The notes under the pieces were generated by a model. The model was not told the origin of the DNA. It did no database searches and saw only the letters and a list, made by a program, of their open reading frames with translations. DNA of 30,108 nucleotides, taken from assembly GCA_016178435.1 (NCBI GenBank), contig JACOTK010000067.1, forward strand, positions 1 through 30,108. The letters run 5' to 3'. The translations under genes and the position numbers were made by a program. Each line of letters starts with the position of its first letter. The stretch's first letter is position 1. Shown one piece after another: positions 9,229 to 18,258 of the stretch. Origin of the DNA: Actinomycetota bacterium. GTDB taxonomy: Bacteria; Actinomycetota; Acidimicrobiia; Acidimicrobiales; CADCSY01.

Positions 9229-9240
9229 GACACCGGTGTC
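9229..9240. promoter_or_regulatory. Perfect 12-bp palindrome, candidate operator
   Basis: GACACCGGTGTC in the divergent intergenic region. The palindrome is directly seen; its function is inferred. Confidence 0.4.
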
Positions 9241-9242
9241 TC

Positions 9243-9288
9243 CGGCGGGTAGCGGCGGGTAGCGGCGGGTAGCGGCGGGTAGCGGCGG
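9243..9288. repeat. 10-bp tandem repeat (CGGCGGGTAG) x4.6
   Basis: Four perfect units plus CGGCGG. Gives GGG-N7-GGG-N7-GGG-N7-GGG at 9247-9279. Confidence 0.95.
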
Positions 9289-9418
9289 ACCCAACCGTAG
9301 CCCGGCGAAAGCCGGCGGGGAGCGCGCGATCGCTGATTTCCGTGCTCGACCCGCTCCGCCGTCCGGCATTGTCTCCCTCCCTCGAAAGGCCCACGCGTCG
9401 GACCCTCGACGCTTCGAT

Positions 9419-9447
9419 CTGACAGGTCGGTCGATGCGCTTTAGGCT
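9419..9447 (+). promoter_or_regulatory. Housekeeping-sigma promoter of the second nuo operon, probably leaderless mRNA
   Basis: CTGACA (9419-9424), 17 nt spacer, TAGGCT (9442-9447). GTG start 8 nt later with no Shine-Dalgarno. Confidence 0.6.
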
Positions 9448-9455
9448 CCCTCGAC

Positions 9456-9821
9456 GTGTCGGAGCTGCTACGCGCTTATCTCACCGTGGTCGTGTTCCTT
9501 GCTGCCGCAGGGATGCTGGTCGGAGTGTCACTGGGCATGGGTAGGTTGCTGCGTCCAAAACGCCCGTCTGCCCAGAAGGCGATGACCTATGAGAGCGGGG
9601 TGGACCCGGTCGGTTCCATCTTTGGTCAGAGTCAGGTCAGGTATTACATTTTTGCTCTGCTCTTCGTGATGTTCGACGTGGAGGCCGTGTTCATCTTTCC
9701 CTGGGCCCTGGGTCTGGAGGTCTACGGCGTGTTCGGTTTGGTCGAGATGACGATCTTCATCGTCATCCTTGCTCTTGGCCTGCTCTACGCATGGCGCAAA
9801 GGGGTTCTTCGGTGGGTCTAG
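9456..9821 (+). CDS. nuoA: NADH-quinone oxidoreductase subunit A, second cluster
   Basis: [44 protein letters not shown]. Confidence 0.97.
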   Translation: MSELLRAYLTVVVFLAAAGMLVGVSLGMGRLLRPKRPSAQKAMTYESGVDPVGSIFGQSQVRYYIFALLFVMFDVEAVFIFPWALGLEVYGVFGLVEMTIFIVILALGLLYAWRKGVLRWV

Positions 9822-10312
9822 TCGAGAAGGGTCTCATTCCCAAGCCCCTCACACATCTGCTCAACCTCAGTCGCAAGTACTCGCTCTGGGTGTACCAATG
9901 GGGATTGGCCTGTTGCGCGATCGAGATGGGTGCGGCGTTCGGCTCGCCGCGTTACGACGTCATGCGCCTCGGTGTGATCCCTTTTCCCGCCGGCCCTCGC
10001 CAGGCCGACCTCGTCGTCATCTCCGGCACGGTCACCGACAAGATGGCGCCGGCCATTCGCCGCCTCTACGAGCAGATGCCCGACCCCAAGTACGTGATCT
10101 CCATGGGCAGCTGTGCCAACTGCGGCGGCCCGTACTGGGACTCCTACTCGGTGACGAAGGGTGTCGACCAGATCATTCCCGTCGACGTCTATGTTCCCGG
10201 CTGTCCCCCCCGACCCGAGGCGCTCCTCGAGGGCATCGTCCTGCTCCAACAACTGATCGGCAACGAGGACATGGCCGAACGCTGGCGAGGTGATCCCATT
10301 GTCGTCTCCTGA
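9812..10312 (+). CDS. nuoB: NADH-quinone oxidoreductase subunit B
   Basis: [40 protein letters not shown] (all N2 ligands). GTG 9812 (MGLVEK) is preferred over ATG 9791. Confidence 0.96.
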   Translation: MGLVEKGLIPKPLTHLLNLSRKYSLWVYQWGLACCAIEMGAAFGSPRYDVMRLGVIPFPAGPRQADLVVISGTVTDKMAPAIRRLYEQMPDPKYVISMGSCANCGGPYWDSYSVTKGVDQIIPVDVYVPGCPPRPEALLEGIVLLQQLIGNEDMAERWRGDPIVVS

Positions 10313-11000
10313 GGCTCCCGAGGTGGTCGGCACGCCCGAGGTCGATCACGCTCGTCAACACCTGATCGACGTGCTGCGCGCCGAGTTGGGCGCAGGGCTC
10401 ATCGACACCTACCTCAAGCCCGGCCTCGACGTTTGGGCACGGGTGAGCCCCGATGCCTGGTGCCGAGCAGCGGAGGTTTGTCGGGACAAGCTGCACATGC
10501 GCTATTTCTGCTTCCTCTCCGCCGTCGACTGGCTTCCTTCCCCATTCGGCAAGAGCGAGGACGGTGTGTCGCGCACCGGCGACGAAGTGCGTGCGCTCAC
10601 CGCGGCGAACCTGGCCGAGGGTCTCGACCACGGCTACTGCGGTGGGGACACGCGCTTTCAGCTCATCGCTCGCCTTCACTCGGTGACGACCCATCTCGGC
10701 ATCCATCTCAAGATGGACGTTTCCGACTCCGACCTCACCGCACCGTCGTGGATCCGCGCCTTCGCCGGAGCGAACTGGCATGAGCGGGAGGTCCACGAGA
10801 TGTTCGGCATCGTGTTCACCGGCCATCCCAACATGGCGAACCTCTACCTGCCGGGTGATTTCGTCGGGCATCCTCTGCGCAAGGATTTCCCGCTGCTGGC
10901 TCGTGAGGTGAAGCCCTGGCCGGGTCTGGTCGACGTCGAGCCGATGCCCGGCGAGCCCGCCGGCGAGGAAGACGGTGAAGTGTCGGGAGAAGAGGCATGA
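10290..11000 (+). CDS. nuoC: NADH-quinone oxidoreductase subunit C
   Basis: [36 protein letters not shown]. Start could be TTG 10299. Confidence 0.95.
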   Translation: MIPLSSPEAPEVVGTPEVDHARQHLIDVLRAELGAGLIDTYLKPGLDVWARVSPDAWCRAAEVCRDKLHMRYFCFLSAVDWLPSPFGKSEDGVSRTGDEVRALTAANLAEGLDHGYCGGDTRFQLIARLHSVTTHLGIHLKMDVSDSDLTAPSWIRAFAGANWHEREVHEMFGIVFTGHPNMANLYLPGDFVGHPLRKDFPLLAREVKPWPGLVDVEPMPGEPAGEEDGEVSGEEA

Positions 11001-12169
11001 ACACCCTGACCGAGCGCCAGAAGCTGGCCTACATCGCCGGACAGGCCGCCGAGGCGCGTATCAACGTGGAGCTCGAGACCGAGGGCATGACCCTCAACAT
11101 CGGACCTCAACACCCCGCAACGCACGGCACCTTGCGGGTGGTGGCAAAGCTCGACGGCGAGCAGGTCGTGTCGGCCAATCCGGTGATGGGCTACATGCAC
11201 CGGGGATACGAGAAGCTCACCGAGGTGCGCACCTATCCGCAGGTCACCACGTTGGTGAACCGCATCGACTGGCTGGGCAGCTTCGCCAACGAGGTGCCCT
11301 TCATCCTCGCGGCCGAACAGCTCATGGAGGTCGAGGCGCCCCCTCGCGCCCAGTGGATCCGCACCATCCTCTTCGAGCTCTCCCGCATTGCCAACGTCGC
11401 ACTGTTCCTCGGCGACATGGGAGTCCAACTCGGCGCCATCACGCCCGTCTTCTACGCGTTCCGGGATCGTGAGTACGTGCTCAACCTGATCGAGTCGGCA
11501 ACCGGCGGGCGGTTCCACCCCAACTTCGACCGTATCGGTGGCATCAAGGACGATCTCCCCAAGGGCTGGATCGAGGAGACCCGTGGCGTCATGGTCAAGG
11601 TCCGGCGGTTCTGCGATGAGCTCGAGGAGCTGATCCTGGGCAATCCGATCTTCGCCGCACGCACTCGTGGTGTCGGCGTGATCCCCGGAGAGACGGCGTT
11701 GCACTACGGCCTCTCGGGCGCGAACCTCCGTGCGAGCGGTGTCGACTGGGACCTTCGTCGGGACGGCGCCTCGCCCCTCGCGTGGAACCAGGTCGACTGG
11801 AAGGTGTGGACCCATCCCGACGGCGATTCCTTCGCCCGCTACTGGGTGCGCCTGCAGGAGACGCGTGAAGCGTCGTACATCGTCGAGAAGCTGCTGGACG
11901 GCCTTCCCTCCGGCCCGATCATGGCGAAGGTGCCACGCATCATCAAGGTCCCCCAGGGCGAAGCCTGGGTCTCGACGGAAAACCCCCTGGGTGAGATGGG
12001 CTACTACGTTGTGAGCAAGGGCGACCTCGGTCCCTTCCGGGTCAAGATCCGCTCGGCCTCGTTCAACAACATCTCGATCGTGCCCTGGGTGCTCAAGGGT
12101 GTCTACGTTCCGGACATCATCACCATCCTGGCCAGCCTGTATTTCATCCTTGGAGACATTGACCGGTGA
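10997..12169 (+). CDS. nuoD: NADH-quinone oxidoreductase subunit D (divergent type)
   Basis: NIGPQHPATHGTLR, GYMHRGYEK, ELSRIA, ENPLGEMG, C-terminal GDIDR. No CxxC NiFe motifs. Confidence 0.96.
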   Translation: MNTLTERQKLAYIAGQAAEARINVELETEGMTLNIGPQHPATHGTLRVVAKLDGEQVVSANPVMGYMHRGYEKLTEVRTYPQVTTLVNRIDWLGSFANEVPFILAAEQLMEVEAPPRAQWIRTILFELSRIANVALFLGDMGVQLGAITPVFYAFRDREYVLNLIESATGGRFHPNFDRIGGIKDDLPKGWIEETRGVMVKVRRFCDELEELILGNPIFAARTRGVGVIPGETALHYGLSGANLRASGVDWDLRRDGASPLAWNQVDWKVWTHPDGDSFARYWVRLQETREASYIVEKLLDGLPSGPIMAKVPRIIKVPQGEAWVSTENPLGEMGYYVVSKGDLGPFRVKIRSASFNNISIVPWVLKGVYVPDIITILASLYFILGDIDR

Positions 12170-13200
12170 TGATTGCTGTTGCATTGTCCGATTACTGGGT
12201 CCAGACCGCCATCAAGACCGGTGTGGTGCTGGCGGTCATTCCGACGGCTGCGCTCATCCTCGGCTACGTCTTCCTGTTGAAGATGATGAGCCACATGCAG
12301 AGCAGACTGGGTCCCATGGAGGCCGGGCCCCACGGTTTGCTCCAACTCGTGGCCGACGGCCTGAAGTTCATTCAGAAAGAGGACCTGTTCCCCGATCGCG
12401 CCGACCGATTCGTGTTCGCTGCCGCTCCACTGGTGGTGCTGTGCTCAACCTTCTTGCTCTACGTGGTGGTTCCCGCGGGCCCGACCCTCATCGTCGAGGA
12501 CCTCAGCACGGGCGTCTTCTACGCACTGGCAGTCTCGTCAATCTCGGTTCTCGGTGTGTTGATGGCGGGGTGGGCATCGGCGAACAAGTATTCGCTCATG
12601 GGTGGTCTGCGTGCGGCCGGCCAGCTCATCGCCTACGAGCTTCCGATGGTCCTCGCCGTGGTGGGTGTGGTGATCCAGGCGGGAACCCTGAGCCTGCAGG
12701 GAATCGTGACGTCCCAGGCCAACGGCGAGATCTTCGGTATCGGACTGATCGGCAATCCGTTCATCCTCACCCAGTTCGTCGGGTTCGCGATCTTCCTCAT
12801 GGCAACGCAGGCCGAGCTCACCCAGCCCCCGTTCGACATGCCGGTGGCGGAGAGCGAGATCGTCGGCGGCTATCAGGTCGAGTACACCGGGTTTCGCTTC
12901 CTGATCTTCTTCATCGGCGAGTTCGGCACCGCCTTCGTGTTTGCCGGCATTGCCGCCACCCTCTTTCTGGGTGGCTGGTACGTGCCCGGGCTCGATCTCG
13001 ACGGTGGCTTCCTCTCGAACCTGATCGGCCCCGGCGTGTTGTTCGCCAAGATCATGTTGGTCGCGTTCCTGATCTTCTGGGTCCGCTTCACCTATCCCCG
13101 ACTCCGAGAGGACCAACTGCAGACCTTTGCGTGGAAGTATCTGATCCCGATCTCACTGCTGAACATCCTGGCGACCGCTGTGCTGAAGGTGGTGCTCTGA
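12166..13200 (+). CDS. nuoH: NADH-quinone oxidoreductase subunit H
   Basis: [60 protein letters not shown]. Confidence 0.97.
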   Translation: MMIAVALSDYWVQTAIKTGVVLAVIPTAALILGYVFLLKMMSHMQSRLGPMEAGPHGLLQLVADGLKFIQKEDLFPDRADRFVFAAAPLVVLCSTFLLYVVVPAGPTLIVEDLSTGVFYALAVSSISVLGVLMAGWASANKYSLMGGLRAAGQLIAYELPMVLAVVGVVIQAGTLSLQGIVTSQANGEIFGIGLIGNPFILTQFVGFAIFLMATQAELTQPPFDMPVAESEIVGGYQVEYTGFRFLIFFIGEFGTAFVFAGIAATLFLGGWYVPGLDLDGGFLSNLIGPGVLFAKIMLVAFLIFWVRFTYPRLREDQLQTFAWKYLIPISLLNILATAVLKVVL

Positions 13201-13201
13201 C

Positions 13202-13690
13202 ATGCCCCAGATCCCCGGCCTGTTGAAAGGTCTCGGTGTCACGTTCAAGACCATGCTGCAGCCGACCGTCACGGTGCAGTATCCGCACGAGAAGGAAGAC
13301 GTCGCCCCACGCGCCCGGGGTGTCATCGCGCTCAAGGAGGACAACTGCACGGTGTGCATGCTGTGCGCCCGAAGCTGTCCCGATTGGTGCATCTACATCG
13401 AGGGTCACAAGACCAAGGCCCCGCCCCGTCGCGAGGGGGGCAAGCCACGTACCGTGCAACTGCTCGATCGTTTCGACATCGACTACAGCCTTTGCATGTA
13501 CTGCGGCATCTGCGTCGAGGTCTGTCCGTTCGACGCGCTGTTCTGGAGTCCCGAGTACGAGTACTCCGAGGTTCGTATCGCCGATCTGCTCCATGACAAG
13601 GACAAGCTCGGCGAGTGGATGGAAGGCGTTCCCGACTTCGAGTCGTACGAAGCAGGCTCGGAGCAAAAGGTCAAGAAGGTGCCGCGCTAG
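13202..13690 (+). CDS. nuoI: NADH-quinone oxidoreductase subunit I
   Basis: TVQYP and two ferredoxin motifs, [12 protein letters not shown] and [12 protein letters not shown]. Confidence 0.97.
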   Translation: MPQIPGLLKGLGVTFKTMLQPTVTVQYPHEKEDVAPRARGVIALKEDNCTVCMLCARSCPDWCIYIEGHKTKAPPRREGGKPRTVQLLDRFDIDYSLCMYCGICVEVCPFDALFWSPEYEYSEVRIADLLHDKDKLGEWMEGVPDFESYEAGSEQKVKKVPR

Positions 13691-14208
13691 TGGTTGCACA
13701 GAACATCGCCTTCGGCGTCCTTGCCGCTGCAACCTCGCTTGCCGCTATTCGTGTGGTCACCACGCGCAACGTCGTGCACGCCGCCCTCTATCTGGTCGTC
13801 GTGCTGGCAAGCGTCGGCGCTCTCTACATCCTGTTGACCGCCGAGTTTGTCGCCGCGGTGCAGATCCTGGTCTACGTGGGCGCCATCGTGGTGCTGCTCC
13901 TGTTCGGCGTCATGCTCACCAAGGCAACCCTGGGCGAGGACGACCAGCTCGACAACGACCAACGTTGGCTCGGAGCGGTCATCGCCCTGTTCCTTCTCGG
14001 CACGCTGAGCTTCGTTCTCGTCGACGCCTTCGGCGACGACAAGCTTCCGTCACTGGAAGGTGTCAGTCGGGCCACACTCGAGGCGCAGCGTGGCAGCGGC
14101 GCAGTCGGTGACGCGATCTTCTCGACGTTCCTGGTGCCGTTCGAGGTGGTGTCGGTGCTCTTGCTGGCCGCGTTGGTCGGCGCCATCGTTCTGGCCCGTC
14201 GGGACTGA
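13690..14208 (+). CDS. nuoJ: NADH-quinone oxidoreductase subunit J
   Basis: GTG at 13690 overlaps the nuoI TAG. NVVHAALYL, AEFVAAVQILVYVGAIVVLLLF, PFEVVSVLLLAALVGAIVLAR. Confidence 0.95.
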   Translation: MVAQNIAFGVLAAATSLAAIRVVTTRNVVHAALYLVVVLASVGALYILLTAEFVAAVQILVYVGAIVVLLLFGVMLTKATLGEDDQLDNDQRWLGAVIALFLLGTLSFVLVDAFGDDKLPSLEGVSRATLEAQRGSGAVGDAIFSTFLVPFEVVSVLLLAALVGAIVLARRD

Positions 14209-14223
14209 GGAGAGGTCACGATC

Positions 14224-14532
14224 ATGTTGCTCAACCAGTTTCTCCTGCTCGGCGCTGTGCTCTTCTGCACCGGCGTCTACGGCGTTCTCGCCCGACGAAA
14301 CGCCGTGTTGGTGCTGATGTCGATCGAGCTGATCCTCAATGCCGTCAACATCAATCTGCTTGCCTTCGGCGCGATGCACGGCGAAGCGGCAGCGGTGGCG
14401 AGTCAGGTGTTCGCCCTTTTCGTCATCACCGTGGCAGCAGCAGAGGTTGGCGTGGGGCTTGCCATCGTGCTGCTCATCTATCGCAACCGAACAAGCGTCG
14501 ACCTCGACCAGGTCGATCTGATGAGGGGCTGA
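14224..14532 (+). CDS. nuoK: NADH-quinone oxidoreductase subunit K
   Basis: [28 protein letters not shown]. Confidence 0.97.
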   Translation: MLLNQFLLLGAVLFCTGVYGVLARRNAVLVLMSIELILNAVNINLLAFGAMHGEAAAVASQVFALFVITVAAAEVGVGLAIVLLIYRNRTSVDLDQVDLMRG

Positions 14533-14535
14533 CCG

Positions 14536-16713
14536 ATGCTGGAAAACGCGTGGATCATCCCCGCGATCACGTTCGTGTCGTTTTGGATCATCCTCTTCTT
14601 CGGCAAGCGTCTGCCCAGAGGCGGCTCCGAGATCGGGGTTGCCGCGTTGGTGCTGACCTTTGTGCTCTCGTGTGTCGCGGTCTTCCAATGGGTTGACCGG
14701 CCGGCCGACACGATCATCCAACCTGTCGGTGCATCACATGCATCCGCCGACGAGGGAGAGTCTCCCGCCGGCGGCCACGAGTCCCCTGCAGCCGGGATGG
14801 ATGAGATGGAGGAGGGTCATTCGCTCGGGATGCGGGTGGTGCCGGCGGCTGCCGGAGGCGAGACCGATGTCGAGGGTGAGGCGGAGGGCCACGAGGTGGA
14901 GCCCATCCGGGCCGCCGTCGACAAGTCGACGACGTGGTTCAAGCTCGGCTCGCTCGAGGTCAAGGCCGGCATTCACATCGACGGCCTCGCGGTGACCATG
15001 CTCTTTGTCGTCACGCTCATCTCGCTCCTCGTGCACATCTTCGCCACCAACTACATGCAAGGTGACGTGCGCTTCACCCATTTCTTCGCTGCGCTGTCGC
15101 TCTTCACGACGGGCATGTTGGTTCTGGTGGTGTCGAGCACCACGCTGCAGATGCTCTTCGGCTGGGAGCTGATGGGTCTCTGCAGCTTCATGCTCATCGG
15201 TCACTGGTGGGAGAAAAAGGAGAACTCCAACGCGGCGATGAAGGCATTCCTCACCACCCGCACGGGCGACATCGGTCTCCTGGTGGGTATCAGCACCTTG
15301 TTCTTCGCGGCCGGGCGCACCTTTGACATCGCGACCATCAATGCCGCTGCGCTGGGTGGGGGCATGAGCGAAACCGCGTTGAAGGTCGGTGCCGCCGCCC
15401 TGCTCGTGGCGGTGATCGGCAAGTCCGCCCAGTTCCCGCTGCACACCTGGTTGCCCGACGCGATGGCCGGCCCGACGCCGGTGTCGGCCCTCATCCACGC
15501 CGCCACGATGGTGGTTGCCGGGGTGTACCTGGTCGCCCGGCTGTACGGGGTCTTCTGGCAGGGCTTCGACATCTCGGCGGGCGGCGCCAATCCCATCGCC
15601 ATCGTCGGCGGGGTGACCGTTGTCATCGCGGCGTTGCTCGCGTTCGTGCAGAACGACATCAAGAAGGTGCTTGCCTATTCAACGGTGAGCCAGCTCGGCT
15701 ACATGGTCATGGCGCTCGGCGTCGGCGCCTGGACGGCGGCGGTGTTCCACCTCTTCACGCACGCATTCTTCAAGGCGCTGCTGTTTCTGGGTTCGGGGTC
15801 GGTGAGCCACGCGGTGCACAGCTTCGACATGCGAAAGGAGATGGGCGGGCTGCGCAAGCACATGCCCACGACCTTCGCCACCTTCATGATCGGTTCCGTG
15901 GCTCTCGCAGGCGTCTTCCCGTTTGCCGGCTTCTGGTCCAAGGACGAGATCTTGTTGGGTGCCGGCAAGAACGGCTACGAGTTCTTCATGTACGTGGGTC
16001 TCGTCGGAGCCTTCATGACAGCGGCCTACATGACCCGTTGTGTGTACCTCACCTTCTTCGGCGAGTACCGAGGGCACGGTCATCCGCATGAATCACCCAA
16101 GGCCATCACCGTGCCGCTGATTGTCCTCGCGGTGTTCTCCGTCGGTGCCGGATGGCTCAACGCTCCTTTCCTCAACTACTGGTTCGGGGAGGTGACGCGG
16201 AACGAGACGGGTGTGATGGCCGGTCTTTCCCATCACCCATTCGAGATAGGCGCGGCCCTTGTCTCGACGGTTGTCGTGTTGGTTGCCCTGGGTCTGGGCT
16301 ATGTCCTCTTCTTTCTCGACAAGTTGCCAACAGGGGTCACGCAGCGCAACGCGTTGGCCCGAGTGGGATATCGCATTCTGGACAACAAGTACTACCTCGA
16401 TCGCCTGTACACCGACTGGATTGTTGGTTCCGTCAAGGGGGCCATTGCCAAGGCGGCGTACTGGATCAACCAACGGGTTCTCGACGGCGTCGTGAATGCC
16501 GTCGGCGTGGGCGCCAAGCGCCTGGGCCGTTGGGTCTATGACACCATCGACCAGGGCCTGGTCGATGGTGCCGTCAATGGGGCGGGAACAGGCGCGGAGG
16601 GTGCCGGCGGCGCGCTTCGCACCATCCAGTCCGGCCGTGTCCAGCAATACGGAGCGCTGCTCTTCGGAGCGGCAACCGTGTTTGCCTTTGTCCTCGCGAT
16701 CCTGGCCGTCTAG
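14536..16713 (+). CDS. nuoL: NADH-quinone oxidoreductase subunit L, second cluster
   Basis: GWELMGLCSFMLIG, GKSAQFPLHTWLPDAMAGPTPVSALIHAATMV, NDIKKVLAYSTVSQLG, IQSGRVQQY. Carries an acidic/His-rich insertion after TM2. Confidence 0.97.
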   Translation: MLENAWIIPAITFVSFWIILFFGKRLPRGGSEIGVAALVLTFVLSCVAVFQWVDRPADTIIQPVGASHASADEGESPAGGHESPAAGMDEMEEGHSLGMRVVPAAAGGETDVEGEAEGHEVEPIRAAVDKSTTWFKLGSLEVKAGIHIDGLAVTMLFVVTLISLLVHIFATNYMQGDVRFTHFFAALSLFTTGMLVLVVSSTTLQMLFGWELMGLCSFMLIGHWWEKKENSNAAMKAFLTTRTGDIGLLVGISTLFFAAGRTFDIATINAAALGGGMSETALKVGAAALLVAVIGKSAQFPLHTWLPDAMAGPTPVSALIHAATMVVAGVYLVARLYGVFWQGFDISAGGANPIAIVGGVTVVIAALLAFVQNDIKKVLAYSTVSQLGYMVMALGVGAWTAAVFHLFTHAFFKALLFLGSGSVSHAVHSFDMRKEMGGLRKHMPTTFATFMIGSVALAGVFPFAGFWSKDEILLGAGKNGYEFFMYVGLVGAFMTAAYMTRCVYLTFFGEYRGHGHPHESPKAITVPLIVLAVFSVGAGWLNAPFLNYWFGEVTRNETGVMAGLSHHPFEIGAALVSTVVVLVALGLGYVLFFLDKLPTGVTQRNALARVGYRILDNKYYLDRLYTDWIVGSVKGAIAKAAYWINQRVLDGVVNAVGVGAKRLGRWVYDTIDQGLVDGAVNGAGTGAEGAGGALRTIQSGRVQQYGALLFGAATVFAFVLAILAV

Positions 16714-16731
16714 AGAGCTGAGCAGGGAATC

Positions 16732-18255
16732 ATGGAGAATTTCGAAGATATTGCACTTTCAACGGCAGTGTTTCTGCCTCTGGTGGGAGCGTTGCTGCTC
16801 ATGGTGGTTCCTCGTGAGAACGAGGGAGCCCAAAAGCTCATTGCGCTGTTGACGACACTCGCGACCATGGGAGTGGGTATCTATCTGCTCGCGGAGTTCG
16901 ACTACGCGGCGAGCGGGGACACCATGCAGTTCGTCGTCAACCGGCCATGGATCGACGTCATCTCCAGCCGCTACATCGTGGGCATCGACGGCATCTCTCT
17001 GCCCCTGCTCGTGCTCTCGATGTTCATCTGTGTTCTGGTGGTCCTCTACTCGTGGAACCATTTCCCGTCGCCACACAACCCCAAGGCGTTCCTGGCGCTC
17101 ATCCTTTTGCTTGAGACCGGCATGAACGGCACGTTCGTGGCACAGGATCTCATCCTCTTCTTCGTCTTCTTCGAGGTGGTGCTCCTGCCGATGTACTTCA
17201 TGATCGGGGTCTGGGGCGGGGAGAATCGTCAGTACGCCTCGATCAAGTTCTTCCTCTACACCCTGTTCGGCTCCGCGCTGATGATCCTCAGCTTCCTCGC
17301 CCTGTTCTTCAAGGGGGGAGCCGAAAGCTTTGCCATCGCCGATCTCGCCCAGTCGTCGAGCGCCATTGCCCACGGCACCCAGCTGTTGATCTTCGGCGGA
17401 CTGTTCATGGGCTTCGCCATCAAGGTGCCGATGTTCCCGTTCCACACCTGGCTTCCCGATGCCCACACGCAGGCGCCGACCCAGGGTTCGGTCATCCTGG
17501 CCGCCATCCTCCTGAAGCTCGGCACCTACGGCTTCATTCGTATCGCGATCCCGATCCTTCCCGAGGCGGCGGTGTCATGGGCTCCCTGGATCGGTGGCCT
17601 GGCCGTGGTGGGCATCATCTACGGCGCGCTGGGCTGCCTTGCTCAGACCGATCTGAAGCGACTCATCGCCTTCTCGTCGGTCGCGCACATGGGCTTTGTC
17701 ATGTTGGGTATCGCAACGCTCACCGATTTCGGCATCAATGCCGCCGTGTTCGGCATGGTTGCCCACGGGCTCATCACCGGCATGCTCTTCTTCCTCGCCG
17801 GCTCGATCAAGGATCGTTTCCACACGCTCGAGTTGTCCCGACTCGGCGGCCTGCTGATCAAGGCTCCCAAGATGGGTTGGATCCTCGGCTTCTGCGTCAT
17901 GGCCTCGCTGGGCCTGCCGGGCCTTGCCGGCTTCTGGGGTGAGTTCCCGGCGATACTCTCCGCCTACAACCCGGCTGCCGGTGTCTCCGAGGAGCTCTTC
18001 CGTTTCTACATGGTTGTCGCCGCCGTCGGCACCGTTCTGGCGGCGGGTTATCTGCTCTGGATGTTCCAGCGGACGGCCTTCGGTGAGCCAACCGAGGAGT
18101 TCTCCCACGAGCCCATTCCGGACATGCAGTGGCCCGAGTATGCGGCATGGGTCCCGTTGCTGATCCTCATCCTCGTGCTGGGGGTCTACCCCAACCTGCT
18201 CTTCGGCATCACCCAAGAGGCGGTCCAACACGTTGTTTCCGCAGTGGGAGGCTGA
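16732..18255 (+). CDS. nuoM: NADH-quinone oxidoreductase subunit M, second cluster
   Basis: GIDGISL, FEVVLLPMYFMIG, KVPMFPFHTWLPDAHTQAP, LKRLIAFSSVAHMG, PGLAGFWGEF. Confidence 0.97.
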   Translation: MENFEDIALSTAVFLPLVGALLLMVVPRENEGAQKLIALLTTLATMGVGIYLLAEFDYAASGDTMQFVVNRPWIDVISSRYIVGIDGISLPLLVLSMFICVLVVLYSWNHFPSPHNPKAFLALILLLETGMNGTFVAQDLILFFVFFEVVLLPMYFMIGVWGGENRQYASIKFFLYTLFGSALMILSFLALFFKGGAESFAIADLAQSSSAIAHGTQLLIFGGLFMGFAIKVPMFPFHTWLPDAHTQAPTQGSVILAAILLKLGTYGFIRIAIPILPEAAVSWAPWIGGLAVVGIIYGALGCLAQTDLKRLIAFSSVAHMGFVMLGIATLTDFGINAAVFGMVAHGLITGMLFFLAGSIKDRFHTLELSRLGGLLIKAPKMGWILGFCVMASLGLPGLAGFWGEFPAILSAYNPAAGVSEELFRFYMVVAAVGTVLAAGYLLWMFQRTAFGEPTEEFSHEPIPDMQWPEYAAWVPLLILILVLGVYPNLLFGITQEAVQHVVSAVGG

Positions 18256-18258
18256 TCC

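Noticed and set aside
9243-9288. CRISPR array
   Set aside because: Contiguous 10-bp units with no spacers, and no cas genes.
9243-9320. c-di-GMP-I (GEMM) riboswitch, suggested by GGTAGCGG and a GAAA tetraloop hairpin (9302-9315)
   Set aside because: The GGCAAACC...GACGCAAAGC core is absent, the element order is wrong, and the motif is simply the tandem-repeat unit.
9200-9455. Rex operator upstream of nuoA
   Set aside because: No TTGTGAA-N4-TTCACAA-like site is present.
10997-12169. Group 4 NiFe hydrogenase large subunit
   Set aside because: Lacks the N- and C-terminal CxxC NiFe ligands.
1036-18255. Possible '2M' complex I (extra NuoM) or recent duplication of nuoLMN
   Set aside because: Each cluster has its own L-M-N, and the paralogs differ at many synonymous sites, consistent with old paralogy.
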